A stretch of DNA of 64,000 nt, from the NCBI GenBank assembly GCA_047495785.1, contig JBLDXI010000010.1:620001-684000 (forward strand), given 5' to 3'. This document shows positions 37,154-48,944 of this stretch, one piece after another (the stretch's first letter is position 1; every line of letters starts with the position of its first letter). The DNA comes from Lepidodermella squamata (Eukaryota; Animalia; Gastrotricha). Below the pieces are notes generated by a model, which made no database searches, was not told where the DNA came from, and saw only the letters and a program-made list of their open reading frames with translations. The translations under genes were made by a program, and so were the position numbers.

Positions 37154-38139
37154 TTATTTCTTTGCAACCAGTCTCTCACTCAATTCCCACAGAGCTTTTG
37201 CCTTAACGTCATCATAGCCAATCGCCCATGTAGGCTTCAACTTCTCGGTGTCAAAATACAATCCAGAATGCTTCTCGATTCCAGGCTGGCATGCGCAATA
37301 CAGGTTCGTCTTAGCTCCTTCCTCTACTGTTATACCGCTTACACGCAGCAATAACCAAGCATACCATGAGCTGAAGCCAGTTGTTCGGCTTCGAAGGAAA
37401 TCCGACCTGATAACACCGGGATGCAGTGAGAACACAGAAACACCCGAGCTTGGAGCATTGCCAGGGTCGCTTCCATTCAATCTTCGATGAAGCTCTCTTG
37501 CATGCAGAATATTCGCTAGTTTCGATTGGCTGTATGCTCGTGTTGTGTTATAGGATCTTTTCTCTTGATTTGGGTCATCAACATCCATCCCGTAAGGCCA
37601 AGTTGCCATATGCATCTTCGAGGCAACGTTAACAACCCGACTTGGTGCTGATTTTTTCAGCAGATCGATCAGCAAATTTGTCAGCAGAAAATGACCTATT
37701 TTTAAACAAAATTACTCCATGTTTGGACATTAGAGTTGTTAAACACCTTACCCAAATGGTTGGTGGCAAAGGTTAGCTCGTAGCCATCGGCGCTCAACTT
37801 TTTCTCCAAATTTTCGAGCCCAGCGTTGTTGACCAGAACATGAAGAACAGGCTCTGATGAATTGATTTCAGCGGCGAATTTACGAACAGATTCTAAAGAG
37901 GATAGGTCGAGATGCTTGACCACAACTCGTTTCGTTGCCTCATCTGCGTCCTTGAAGTTTGCTTTAGACCTGATCTCAGCAGCAGCGTCTTCAGCAGCTT
38001 TCATGTTTCGGCAGGCTAGGATAACTTTAGCTGCCCCTCGTTTGGCTAGCTCGTAGGCCGTTACCTTTCCAATGCCAGTATTTGAGCCGGTGACAATGCA
38101 TACTTTACCCTCGATAGACCAATCGCTATCCGACGACAT
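37154..38139 (-). CDS. Retinol dehydrogenase-like SDR; intron 37751-37696
   Basis: Same SDR motifs and intron position. Confidence 0.92.
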
Positions 38140-38781
38140 TGATGGCAGCCCTTTCAAAATTGAGTCGAAAATATGGATAACTGACCAGTCTCATGCGACT
38201 GAAAAATCACTAAGCAGACTTGGTTAAAATATAAAAAATTAGGTCAATAATAAGCAAAGCATAAGAATACGTCTGAATTCTCCACTGAAACGAGATTACT
38301 ACGCTGAAATAACAATTTTTTGCTGCCTAAAATTCAATGGAGATAGTAATACAGGGTATAATAATGGAGAAAGCGCGTGTGCCATGTGCTCACATTGATC
38401 GTGCTATACAGCATGTTGCCAAGAATTTGAAAGCTACAGAGATTCGTCACGATTTTGAGTCATTTCTGGAAATTCTGAATGCCCGAGCATATATATAGCA
38501 ATTAATAGGTAATAGGGTTCCTGGTCGCCGAATTTCTGATATTGCGAGCAAAAAGGTGAAGAAATGCACCCCGAATGGCTGAATTGTTCTGTTTTTATTG
38601 CTCGTCAATGCATCACAAGGCGAAATATTAAATCCAGATTCTATGAGGAATACATCATATTTTCCTGATAATATTCTGCTTCCCATCATCTATAAAGGAA
38701 GCATTTACTGAATATTAGCCAGAAATTTGTCGATAAAATATGTCTTGTATTGCACACAGCTGTATTTGATAGGAATATAAT

Positions 38782-39740
38782 TTATTTTTTCTCAACCAGC
38801 TTCTCACTTAGTTCCCACAGAGCCTTGGCCTTGATATCGTCACTTCCTATAGCCCATGTTTGCTCTACTTTTTTGTTATCGAAATACAGCCCGGAGTGTT
38901 GTTCGATGCCAGGCTCACAGGCGCAATGCAGAGTCGTAGCTGCTCCCTGCTCAACAGTCAATCCCATGTATTGCATAAATTTCGTCACAACCCAACCCCC
39001 GAAACCAGTTCGGTACCGAACGAACTCGGAATTGATCACACCAGGGTGGAGGCTGAAAACAGAAACGCCACTACTCGGAGCATTGCCCGGGTCGCTTTCA
39101 TTCAAGCGACGATGCAACTCTCTAGCGAACAGAATGTTTGCTAATTTCGATTGGCTGTAAGCTCGACTGGGACCGTAAGCCCGCTTCTCCTGATTAGGAT
39201 CTTCGACATCCAAGCCATTTGGCCAAGTTGTTTTGTACATTTTCGACGCGACTACTACAACCCGGCTTGGGGCAGATTTCTTCAACAAATCCGTTAGCAA
39301 TGTTGTTAAAAGAAAGTGACCTGAATAAACAAATGCTGTTCGAATCGACTTTGAAATAATTAGGGTAGCTAACCTAAATGATTCGTAGCAAACGTGAGTT
39401 CGTATCCATCTGCACTCAGGTGCTTCTCAGGCTGCTCAAGGCCAGCATTGTTCACCAAAACATGTAAAGCCGGCTCGTTTTGATTTATATCAGCAGCGAA
39501 TTTGCGAACTGATTCCAAAGATGAAAGGTCCAAAGGCTTCACGACAACACGTTCAGTTTCGGTAGCTCCAATTGTCGACCTGATTTCGGCAGCGGCCTCC
39601 TCGGCTGCTTTGACATTGCGACATGCAAGAATAACTTTAGCAGCACCACGTTTAGCAAGCTCTAGAGCTGTGACTTTCCCGATGCCAGTGTTGGAGCCTG
39701 TCACGATGCAGACTTTGTTAGAGATATCCCACTGTGACAT
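38782..39740 (-). CDS. Retinol dehydrogenase-like SDR; intron 39373-39321
   Basis: Same SDR motifs and intron position. Confidence 0.92.
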
Positions 39741-40194
39741 ACTGTCCTACTGTGTATTAGAATCAGGCCCGATAAATGAAAAACCCTGCTGTGTCTTTTC
39801 ATCATTTATAATTTGAGTTGATAAGGCCTTGTTATCTGGATGGGAGGGAACATCCGGACTTTTTTTGATCTTATCCACTTTTTGGCTGCCAGGATGGTAT
39901 CTTTATCTCACATCGCCATTTTTTCGGGGCAAAGGGCAAAAAATGTTAATCAATCGAGGTTATCACTATAGGTACATTCAATGCTGCGGAAAACGATGAA
40001 TCGGAAATTTGAAGTGATGACACGATGCTGCTATTTCAGTTGGAGTGTCAATTCAGACCATGAAAAGAGCTATGGTTATATTGATCAATGAGTTCACTAA
40101 CATGCGACAAATTGAATAATTTAACACACCGTTGCTATTTACATAGAAAGAGACCCGAAAAGCGTTCACTTTTGCCGACGCCAAATAATGAGAG

Positions 40195-41472
40195 ATGAAT
40201 TGGATACATACGCTATTCCTAATGCTATCAACTCAGCTCAGTCTCTGCGAATCAGCTCAGCTGAGAATAGATAGAATTAAGGAACTAATCAAGGACAATT
40301 GCCCAGAATCTTTGTCCCATGATTACGCTATGGAGCATGCCATGCAGAATGACTTCAAGGACCCGCTACATATCGAGAGCGCTGCTATGCTATACAGATT
40401 TGGTCAAATCAGCGATCTAGACAAAAGGTTAGATATTTTACGACTTGAGACAGAGCTATTATTCTTTACTGAAGCTTGTCTGTATTGGTGGAGTTTACGT
40501 TCAAATGGAAGCTGTCCTGTCCTGAAGATCTATGTAACAATCTGAGCCTGGCATCGAACTCGAATTTACTTGATATTGTATATTTCTACCAAAACCCGGC
40601 GGAATCTTGGTCTCCCAAACTTGTGCACATTAATTGCGTCCACGAACCGTATCCACTCCAAGAGTGAGTTATAATTCTCGGTTTTTTCGTGTTCCTACAA
40701 TTTTTGATTAAACAGTCAAGACGCCAGCTTGACCGTATTTCCGTGCTCGAATGAGGCTAATCTCGTCGTTACTCAACTAATGGAGTCATCATGCACAGGA
40801 TTCAGCTTCACCAAGTTCCCTTTTGATAGCGTGAATTGCTCGATAATTCTCAGCTCAGACATACCAATCAACATTGTATTATTTGAGAATTTTTCATTCC
40901 ACATGTTCTCTAATCGAATGAGCGACTTTATTGGCGACACTGAGATTTGGGACCTCGTAACGCCGCTCACTTACTATACAGACAACGTATTAGACGATGA
41001 TGGCTATTACTACCAAAGCATTTACTATTCGATGAAATTCAAACGGAAGCATAATTACTTTGTTATGAACATTTTCGTCCCAACTATTGCGCTATTCATT
41101 CTTCAAGTTGCGAGTCTCCTCTTGCCACCTTCAGTACCTGACCGGCCATCTTTCAGCGTTGCCGTTGTATTAGCGGATGCTTTCGTTCTATCGATTGTCT
41201 TCGGAAGCATCCCTCGAACCTCCGAGCCGGTTTATTTGGTCAATGTTGTAACTATCAAGTTCGTATGTGGTCTTATCCTGACTATCTACATGTTAGCAAC
41301 AGTGCCTTTAGCTAAAAGGTGGGAGAACAAAATCAGCCCTTTCAGGAATAGCAAGTCGAGAATACTGACAGAGTTCTCGTTTCTCAGGACGCTGGATATG
41401 GCTGTTGGATTTTTAGTTTTTATAGCCGTTGCCATAGCTGATGGGGTCTATTTTGGATTGATGGTCGCTTGA
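40195..41472 (+). CDS. Cys-loop channel subunit, distant member of subfamily A; introns 40428-40474 and 40664-40715
   Basis: Signal peptide, WSPK, CTGFSFTKFPFDSVNC, FKRKHNYF, PDRP before M2, IPRTSE; intron positions match copies 1-3. Confidence 0.88.
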
Positions 41473-41605
41473 AGTATGAAAAAATCAATAAAATCTATCA
41501 ACGTGTTTTCCAGTTGTCTTCGGGCAAAGCACCAAAAGTAGACTTATCATTAAATTTCCAGTTGCGCGATTCAGGATCCGTCAGGATCCGAGTAGGAATA
41601 GAGAG

Positions 41606-42971
41606 ATGCTGAGAATTTTAACACTATCACTCACGTTTGGGGTCACCCTCTGTCAAGATATCTGCAGTCAAGGTAATAGACATTTCGATCATTCCGACTT
41701 CATACAACCCCAAATTTCTAGTCAATGTCAGCGAAAAAAATGTGAGCGATCAAATCTTTACAAAAGGTATAAATGGCCTGGCAAACTTCTGGGAACGACC
41801 TATCGCCAAGACGGATGAAGTTGTTAAAGTGGCGATAGGTGTTGGCATAAAACGCATCATTGATATCGAAGAGAAATCCCAGGTGGTTCGATTGTCAGGC
41901 TTTTTCATCATGGAATGGCTGGATGGGTTCCACGTTTGGGAACATATTACCCCGCTGAATTGCGTGGATTATATCGTTCTCCCTCATGGGAAGGAAACCG
42001 GGCTGTGGATCCCTGAAGTTGCTGTAATGAATGCGTAAGTTACTAGCCTAAAATACGCTTCATTTCCTAATAATAATTCTTTTAGAAATTCGAAATACGC
42101 CGTTACTCATGACCCTAAAGAAACGGTGATTGTTCATAAAAGCGGCTATAGCCTCTACTTCCCTGGAGGTGTGGTCGAGTTCTACTGTCCTTTTAACTTG
42201 GCATTGTTCCCATTTGATCGACAAACGTGCATCATCCATCTGGAGAGTTGGCGATACGTTACTTCCAAGCTGGTTTTCCATTTACCCTCAATAATCCATC
42301 TAGACTACGAGGGACATGAGCAGTGGGATCTCGAGGGGACGAATGTTACCATAGGAAGTTTCACTTATGCCAACGGGAAAACTTTCTCTACAGCCTATTT
42401 CAAGCTGAATCTGAGACGTAAAGCAGGCTACTATTCCTTGACTGTCATTCTACCAAGCCTTTTGGTTGCTGTTGTAGAGACTGTAACCTACTCAACGCCT
42501 TATGATAAAGGAATCCGATTGGAAGTGTCATTCACTTGTCTACTGGCTTACTCTGTTTTTCAATCAATGATAGTGTCGGACATGCCTAAATCAGCAGATA
42601 ATCCTCCCTTGCTACTGATCCTTCTCTGCTTGATCACTGTCTACATTGGAATTGCCATCTATCTACAAGGCATGTGTATCCTAATAGGAGTTGTTGCAGT
42701 GAAAGGGAGACGTGCGACTCCGAAAATTATGATCACCATCGCTGGCCTTTTCGCCCCGATTTTTTTCATCAAACCACCCGACTTCAAAGCCCTTTGCGAA
42801 GATTCTGTATCGAATAACCATAGAATTTCCAAAAGGTTAAATCGAAAGACATGGGATTTTGTTGCTCGTGTTCTCGATCGATTTTCATGCTGTCTTTTCA
42901 TTAGTTTGATAACTTTAACTTCAATCACTTACCTAGCTATCATACCTGCTATTTACCGAAGGTCTAACTGA
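41606..42971 (+). CDS. nAChR/5-HT3-like Cys-loop subunit, non-alpha, subfamily B; introns 41673-41721 and 42035-42085
   Basis: ERP, LWIPEV, CPFNLALFPFDRQTC, ESWRY, LRRKAGYY, MPKS, WDFVARVLDR. Confidence 0.9.
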
Positions 42972-43070
42972 ATGCAAATAAAACGTCCTGTCGGGTTTAT
43001 ACAAATATTCAATCAAAATAAAAGAATCTGAAGTTCCGAAAGAAAGTAATTTCGATCTGAATCAAGTAAT

Positions 43071-44415
43071 ATGCACTTTTATGTGATTTTATCCTTTCTC
43101 CTACCACTATCGTCGGGTCAAAGTTGTAATCCTATGCCAGGTGAAGCGATTATTCTATAATTAACTGAATTTTAGATTTGAATCCCAAGATGTGACTGAG
43201 AAGAGCGTAAGCGATTATCTGTTCGGGAAAGGGGAGGATGGCTATTATTCGAATTTTTGGGATAGACCGGTTAAAAACTGCAGCAAGGCAATCGCAGTAT
43301 CTGTTGGCCTTACCGTTCGATCCATTGTCGATATCGAAGAGCCATCACAACTCGTCCGAATGTCAGCCTACATTCGAATGATATGGAAGGATGAATTTCA
43401 CGTTTGGAACGACACATGGCCGTTGAAATGCGTTGACTACCTCATTGTACCCCATGGAGAAGATACAGGAGTGTGGATACCCGATCTCGCCCTGAATAAC
43501 GCGTAAGCTTTCTGATTTGTTAATTCGAAAATCCTCTTGAAAATGTGTTTCAGGCATGTAAATCGCTACGAAACTACTAGGGATGATAGCGAGTTGATCA
43601 GGATTACCAGCGACGGCACTGCGTACTACTCCCCCGGCGGTGAAATCAAGATTTCGTGTCGATTCAATCTGGCCTGGTTTCCTTTCGATGATCAAACTTG
43701 CTTCCTGAACCTCGATTTATGGCGCTACAATGTTGGGAAAGTATACATGATACCAAATGGTGTTGAGCTTGCAAACTTGAGAAATCACGAGCAGTGGGAA
43801 ATCATTGGAAGCAATCAGCATCTAGCTCCGACAGATTTCGATGGCAGACCTTATCATTCACTAACTTTTACATTACGCCTGAGGAGGAAGTCAGCATACT
43901 ACCTTTTGACCGTCATTTTACCCTGTCTATTGATTGGAGCCGTTGAAATCGTGTCATTCATGTTGCCTTACGACAAAGGGATCCGTATGGAAGTATCTTT
44001 CATGTGTCTTCTCGCACTCTCTGTATTCCAAACTAACATTGTGTCTGACATACCGAAGTCAGCCGAAAACCCTCCTTTTCTCCTTATCTTCATCTGCTTG
44101 ATAACTGTCTACATCGGTGGAGCAATTTACACCCAAGCAATCTGTGTGATTCTCGGCGAGCAGCTTCGAAACGTTCCAATGAGTTTGCTTTCAATTACGA
44201 ACTGCGTCGGGAGAATCGCAGGTTTCAAGCCACAGTATCCACTTGACGAATCAGCGGAAAATCCCCACACCCTGAAGAAGTGGAACAAAAAAACCTGGGA
44301 TAGAATTGCGCGAATTATCGACAGAATATCTTGTGTTATCTTTATAGCAGTTTTCATTATCAGCGCTCTAGCAATTTTGCTAATAATTCCCAATGTAATG
44401 CGTAAACGAGTCTGA
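43071..44415 (+). CDS. nAChR/5-HT3-like Cys-loop subunit, subfamily B; introns 43141-43189 (AAG acceptor) and 43503-43553
   Basis: Paralog of 41606-42971; WIPDL, CRFNLAWFPFDDQTC, WDRIARIIDR. Confidence 0.88.
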
Positions 44416-44527
44416 AATAGAAAATAATTCGACTAAGAAATGTTTTATTACAACATTTTGCTTGAATTTTGAGCTTCTACTCACATGCATTACTGACTCA
44501 CAATATTGAATTTTGTGGCGTAACTGC

Positions 44528-44850
44528 TCACATGTTCGGGGAATTTTTAACCTTCCTGCGTTTGACAGTTGCTTCCCACAGCTTCTTTGCAGTTGGATCA
44601 ACAACAATCAGTTCTGCGATACGTTGGGCCAGTCGATGTCTCCGTAGCTCAGATTTCGGAATGTTCTGCACGTTTCCATTGGTTATAATATATCTTATTT
44701 TCTCCGGTGAAGGATCTAACAAAAAGACCGATTTCTCGAAATGTCCCACCAAATAAATGTTCGCTCACCTTCCAGGCTTTTGTTGGCATCTTCCGCCAGA
44801 ACGAAGACAATGCCAACAAATAATATTGCAAGAATTGTGAAGTTGATCAT
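44528..44850 (-). CDS. Small secreted orphan protein A (89 aa); intron 44768-44716
   Basis: MINFTILAILFVGIVFVLA signal peptide spliced (gtgagc...tag) to ...RRHRLAQRIAELIVVDPTAKKLWEATVKRRK...; poly(A) signal near 44444. Confidence 0.75.
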
Positions 44851-45099
44851 GTTTTCTTTATAGAAATGAATATGGTACAGAAACTCGCGGGTCAGTGTCA
44901 GCCCAGGCGTCACGTATAAAATCAATTTGCGCTGATGGCAAAAATATTCAATTGTATATCTCAGGATTTAACGAGGGAGCGGCAATAAAACAATATTACT
45001 CAGAAGCTGATTTATTAACATCGTCAAACGGGGGCTGTAGGAGAGTGTGAAACGACTACGATCAATATTTGATTAGGTTTAGCATTAGCTCTGAACTTT

Positions 45100-45479
45100 T
45101 TATAAGCTCTTGATCAAGCGTTGTAGGTTGGGGGCATTTTTACGCCGAGCAACAGTTGCGTCCCACAGCTTTTTCGCTGACCCGTCGGCAGTCAACAGCT
45201 TAGCTATGCGCTGCGCAATGCGTTGGCGGCGTTCCTCCCCTTCGCTTCTCTCAACGTCCGGTTCTTGACTGTTTTCGTCCAGCTCGGTATACTTTGACAG
45301 AAATGCATTTTGCAGCACATTTTGTACCGCTAACCGTGCTAAAAAAATCGAAATTAGGGAAGATTGGAGGAGCGGAAGTATTTAGACTTACCATTATTTT
45401 GATCGGCGTTATAAGGAAATTGACCCTCGGCCAGTTGAGCCAAACAAACGGACACGGCAATGACTAAGACGTAAATCAT
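45100..45479 (-). CDS. Small secreted orphan protein B (108 aa), paralog of A; intron 45391-45339
   Basis: MIYVLVIAVSVCLAQLAEG signal peptide spliced (gtaagt...tag) to ...RRQRIAQRIAKLLTADGSAKKLWDATVARRK... Confidence 0.75.
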
Positions 45480-46065
45480 TCTGCTGACCAAATCGACCCC
45501 AAAAATGTACCCGTGGAAATTCTGTTCTGATTCGGCAAACTGTTCTTACGGACGCGGACGAAAAAGGGCGTGGGTTATTGACAATAGCAGAGCCATAACG
45601 CAATCAACTGTTTTCACGTATTTGATCAGCGTAATTCAATCGACATGAATGCATGAAGGCGGTTCAAATTGGGGCATCTAGGGCGATAGAATCACAAATC
45701 ACCATCGAGAAGTGAATGCATTCGAAAAGATTCAATTTTGAATAAGTGCGGCGTCATATTTTCCCCAGATGAAGCTTGATTTTGTTAATAAAAACAACTG
45801 AAATGTCTCAGAGAGTCTGAAATCTTGATTGAAGTTTGTTATACAGGTTATTTTTTCCCTGTTTCTTGAATGGGCGATGTCAACTAATTTTGTCAAAGCT
45901 CGCTACAAATCATCAATTATTTCTAATTGAAAAGACAAAAGACTAAATATGTAACTAATGCATGAAGAATGTCAAAAGCCCCAAAGACGTCCTCCCCTTT
46001 TTGAGGAATTCAAGAAAGTCGTAATAATACCAATTTTTCAGGCAAAGTTCATTTTTCAGGATTTG

Positions 46066-46850
46066 ATGGCTAACTGCTGGCTTCTTCGTATACTTATTTT
46101 CTTGCTTGTACATGGCCCTTTGAGTGGATATTGTGACAATGCTACAACTGTCAAGATGTTGATGCTTACCCCGAAATACGGCGTTGATCCTCGGCGAGTG
46201 CAGGCTTACCCCTCCGTGCAGCACATCATGAATAAGACCAACAGCTGAACAGTTCATTGCCAGACATTGAAATTGACAAGGTTGATATTTGGTTTCCACA
46301 CTGCGCAAAAGCTGATCGAACATCGCCGCAATATTTTATCTGAGTTTCAGCTCCCAGGATGCGAACATTTGCCATTATGGCAGCGGTTGGAAATTTCCGG
46401 CCACAATTCCTATGCGAGGTAAGTACGCATCACCGGGCCCAGATTCGTGTTTATAACAACAGTTACTTCCATGGCCTTGTCCCCACCTGCAGGTTGCACG
46501 GTAGAAGTTTTAGTCGAGCAGTACAAACAAACCTTCGCTGGCGGCTAAACTCTCTTGCCTGAAAATATTACCAGGATGACCGACCTCGGCGACATCGCTG
46601 AGGAATTCATGCGACTTAAATTAATTAAAGATATATTCGATACAAGTGTCGGTAGATACAATTTTAGCGCATGTTTACCGCGACATTTTATTCATAGCTC
46701 TGATGGCTCTGAACTCTGAATACGACCAATTATCGACTCAAACGGGATTTCGGCTTGAGCCAGATGAACTATCGCTAACAACCCGAATCGGTCGCTCGAG
46801 CTGATGTCGTGATCTTCGACCAGTTTAGCCCGAAAACATGTTTAGTTGAT
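46066..46850 (+). pseudogene. Class C GPCR pseudogene (Venus flytrap remnants)
   Basis: MANCW...NATTVKMLMLTPKYGVDP and the PENITRMTDLGD block match the 48-59 kb receptors; stops, frameshifts, large deletions, no 7TM. Confidence 0.8.
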
Positions 46851-46896
46851 AGGAAGCAGGCAGTAAGTCCATGCGCCACTCCTTGTTATTAAAGTA

Positions 46897-48944
46897 ATCA
46901 CATTTTTTCTCAGGCGGCAAAACAGCATTCCTCCGCATCCTATTTGACGTGCGTGCGGATAGAACACGCTTTGATCTATCTTTGTCGTTCGCTTTCAACA
47001 TCCACGCTTGATATCAATGAAGCTTGTTTGAAAACTGTCAAAACGAGGAAACGGCACTTTCAGCAGGATAGACCTGTTCTTTATGATCGCAGCAAGTACC
47101 ACGCAAAGGTCAATCCGTTGACAGTTTTTCCGTCAACAACTTTTCAGAAATATGATGAGTGAGAGTTTTGAAACGCAAAAAGCCTCTTTCCTTCCTGCAT
47201 TGATGGTGGCTGGTAAGTATTACACTCTCTGTCGCATCATTATAAACTTACCTTCTATAGGAACGTTTCGAATTTTCCATGAGAAGTTATTTCTGTCTAC
47301 CATTGGTATTGTGTCTCGTTTATGCTGCAATGAGTGATCAAAGAGGGAATGGTACTACTGTAAAGCTACTCATGTACATGCCAAGAATCGGTATCGACTT
47401 GAGACGCCAACTGGCTCATAATTTTGCCATTCAATACGTCTTAAATAAAGTCAACAGCCGATCAGACATATTGCCTGGTTATCGGATTGAAACCGATCTG
47501 GTTGAAGAGGCAATAGGATTCCAGGCGGTGCAAAAGTTGTTCGACCATCGCCGCAATATGTTTTCAGAATTTCAACTCCCGGTGATCGTTGGGCCAGCTT
47601 TTTCCTCCGGCTGCAAAGCTGTCGGTACACTGCTGCACCACTTGGACTCTATCGCTATCAGTACCACATGCGTTGCTTACTTTTTGACTGACCGAATGAT
47701 TTATCCGAATTTGTTTCTATCCATGGCAAGTTCGGATGCGTCCGCAGTTCCTTTTCTATCTATGATGAAAAATATTGGGAAATGGAACAGGTTTGGAATA
47801 ATTTCGATACCGAGCTCAGCTTTAGACTACGCCGCAGCTTTCAGCCTTCACGATAAGGCGCTATCCAGGGGATTCGAAGTACCTCTCTTTACTCTAGTAG
47901 ACCGCATAGATCAAGACTTTATCACATTTTTTCTCAGGCGGCAAAACAGCATTCCTCCGCATCCTATTTGACGTGCGTGCGGATAGAACACGCTTTGATC
48001 TATCTTTGTCGTTCGCTTTCAACATCCACGCTTGATATCAATGAAGCTTGTTTGAAAACTGTCAAAACGAGGAAACGGCACTTTCAGCAGGATAGACCTG
48101 TTCTTTATGATCGCAGCAAGTACCACGCAAAGGTCAATCCGTTGACAGTTTTTCCGTCAACAACTTTTCAGAAATATGATGAGTGAGAGTTTTGAAACGC
48201 AAAAAGCCTCTTTCCTTCCTGCATTGATGGTGGCTGGTAAGTATTACACTCTCTGTCGCATCATTATAAACTTACCTTCTATAGGAACGTTTCGAATTTT
48301 CCATGAGAAGTTATTTCTGTCTACCATTGGTATTGTGTCTCGTTTATGCTGCAATGAGTGATCAAAGAGGGAATGGTACTACTGTAAAGCTACTCATGTA
48401 CATGCCAAGAATCGGTATCGACTTGAGACGCCAACTGGCTCATAATTTTGCCATTCAATACGTCTTAAATAAAGTCAACAGCCGATCAGACATATTGCCT
48501 GGTTATCGGATTGAAACCGATCTGGTTGAAGAGGCAATAGGATTCCAGGCGGTGCAAAAGTTGTTCGACCATCGCCGCAATATGTTTTCAGAATTTCAAC
48601 TCCCGGTGATCGTTGGGCCAGCTTTTTCCTCCGGCTGCAAAGCTGTCGGTACACTGCTGCACCACTTGGACTCTATCGCTATCAGTACCACATGCGTTGC
48701 TTACTTTTTGACTGACCGAATGATTTATCCGAATTTGTTTCTATCCATGGCAAGTTCGGATGCGTCCGCAGTTCCTTTTCTATCTATGATGAAAAATATT
48801 GGGAAATGGAACAGGTTTGGAATAATTTCGATACCGAGCTCAGCTTTAGACTACGCCGCAGCTTTCAGCCTTCACGATAAGGCGCTATCCAGGGGATTCG
48901 AAGTACCTCTCTTTACTCTAGTAGACCGCATAGATCAAGACTTT
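46897..48944 (+). repeat. 1024-bp direct tandem duplication (46897-47920 and 47921-48944)
   Basis: Three ORF pairs are offset by exactly 1024; no mismatches seen; ATC microhomology at the junctions. Confidence 0.92.
47279..47971 (+). CDS. Truncated duplicate of the 48303 receptor: signal peptide plus partial Venus flytrap (230 aa)
   Basis: Identical to 48303 up to RIDQDFI, then reads into the repeat junction. May be a pseudogene or an assembly artefact. Confidence 0.4.
   Translation: MRSYFCLPLVLCLVYAAMSDQRGNGTTVKLLMYMPRIGIDLRRQLAHNFAIQYVLNKVNSRSDILPGYRIETDLVEEAIGFQAVQKLFDHRRNMFSEFQLPVIVGPAFSSGCKAVGTLLHHLDSIAISTTCVAYFLTDRMIYPNLFLSMASSDASAVPFLSMMKNIGKWNRFGIISIPSSALDYAAAFSLHDKALSRGFEVPLFTLVDRIDQDFITFFLRRQNSIPPHPI

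Noticed and set aside
43141-43175. 35-nt GT-TAG intron
   Set aside because: It gives an in-frame TGA within six codons; the AAG at 43189 restores frame and paralog alignment.
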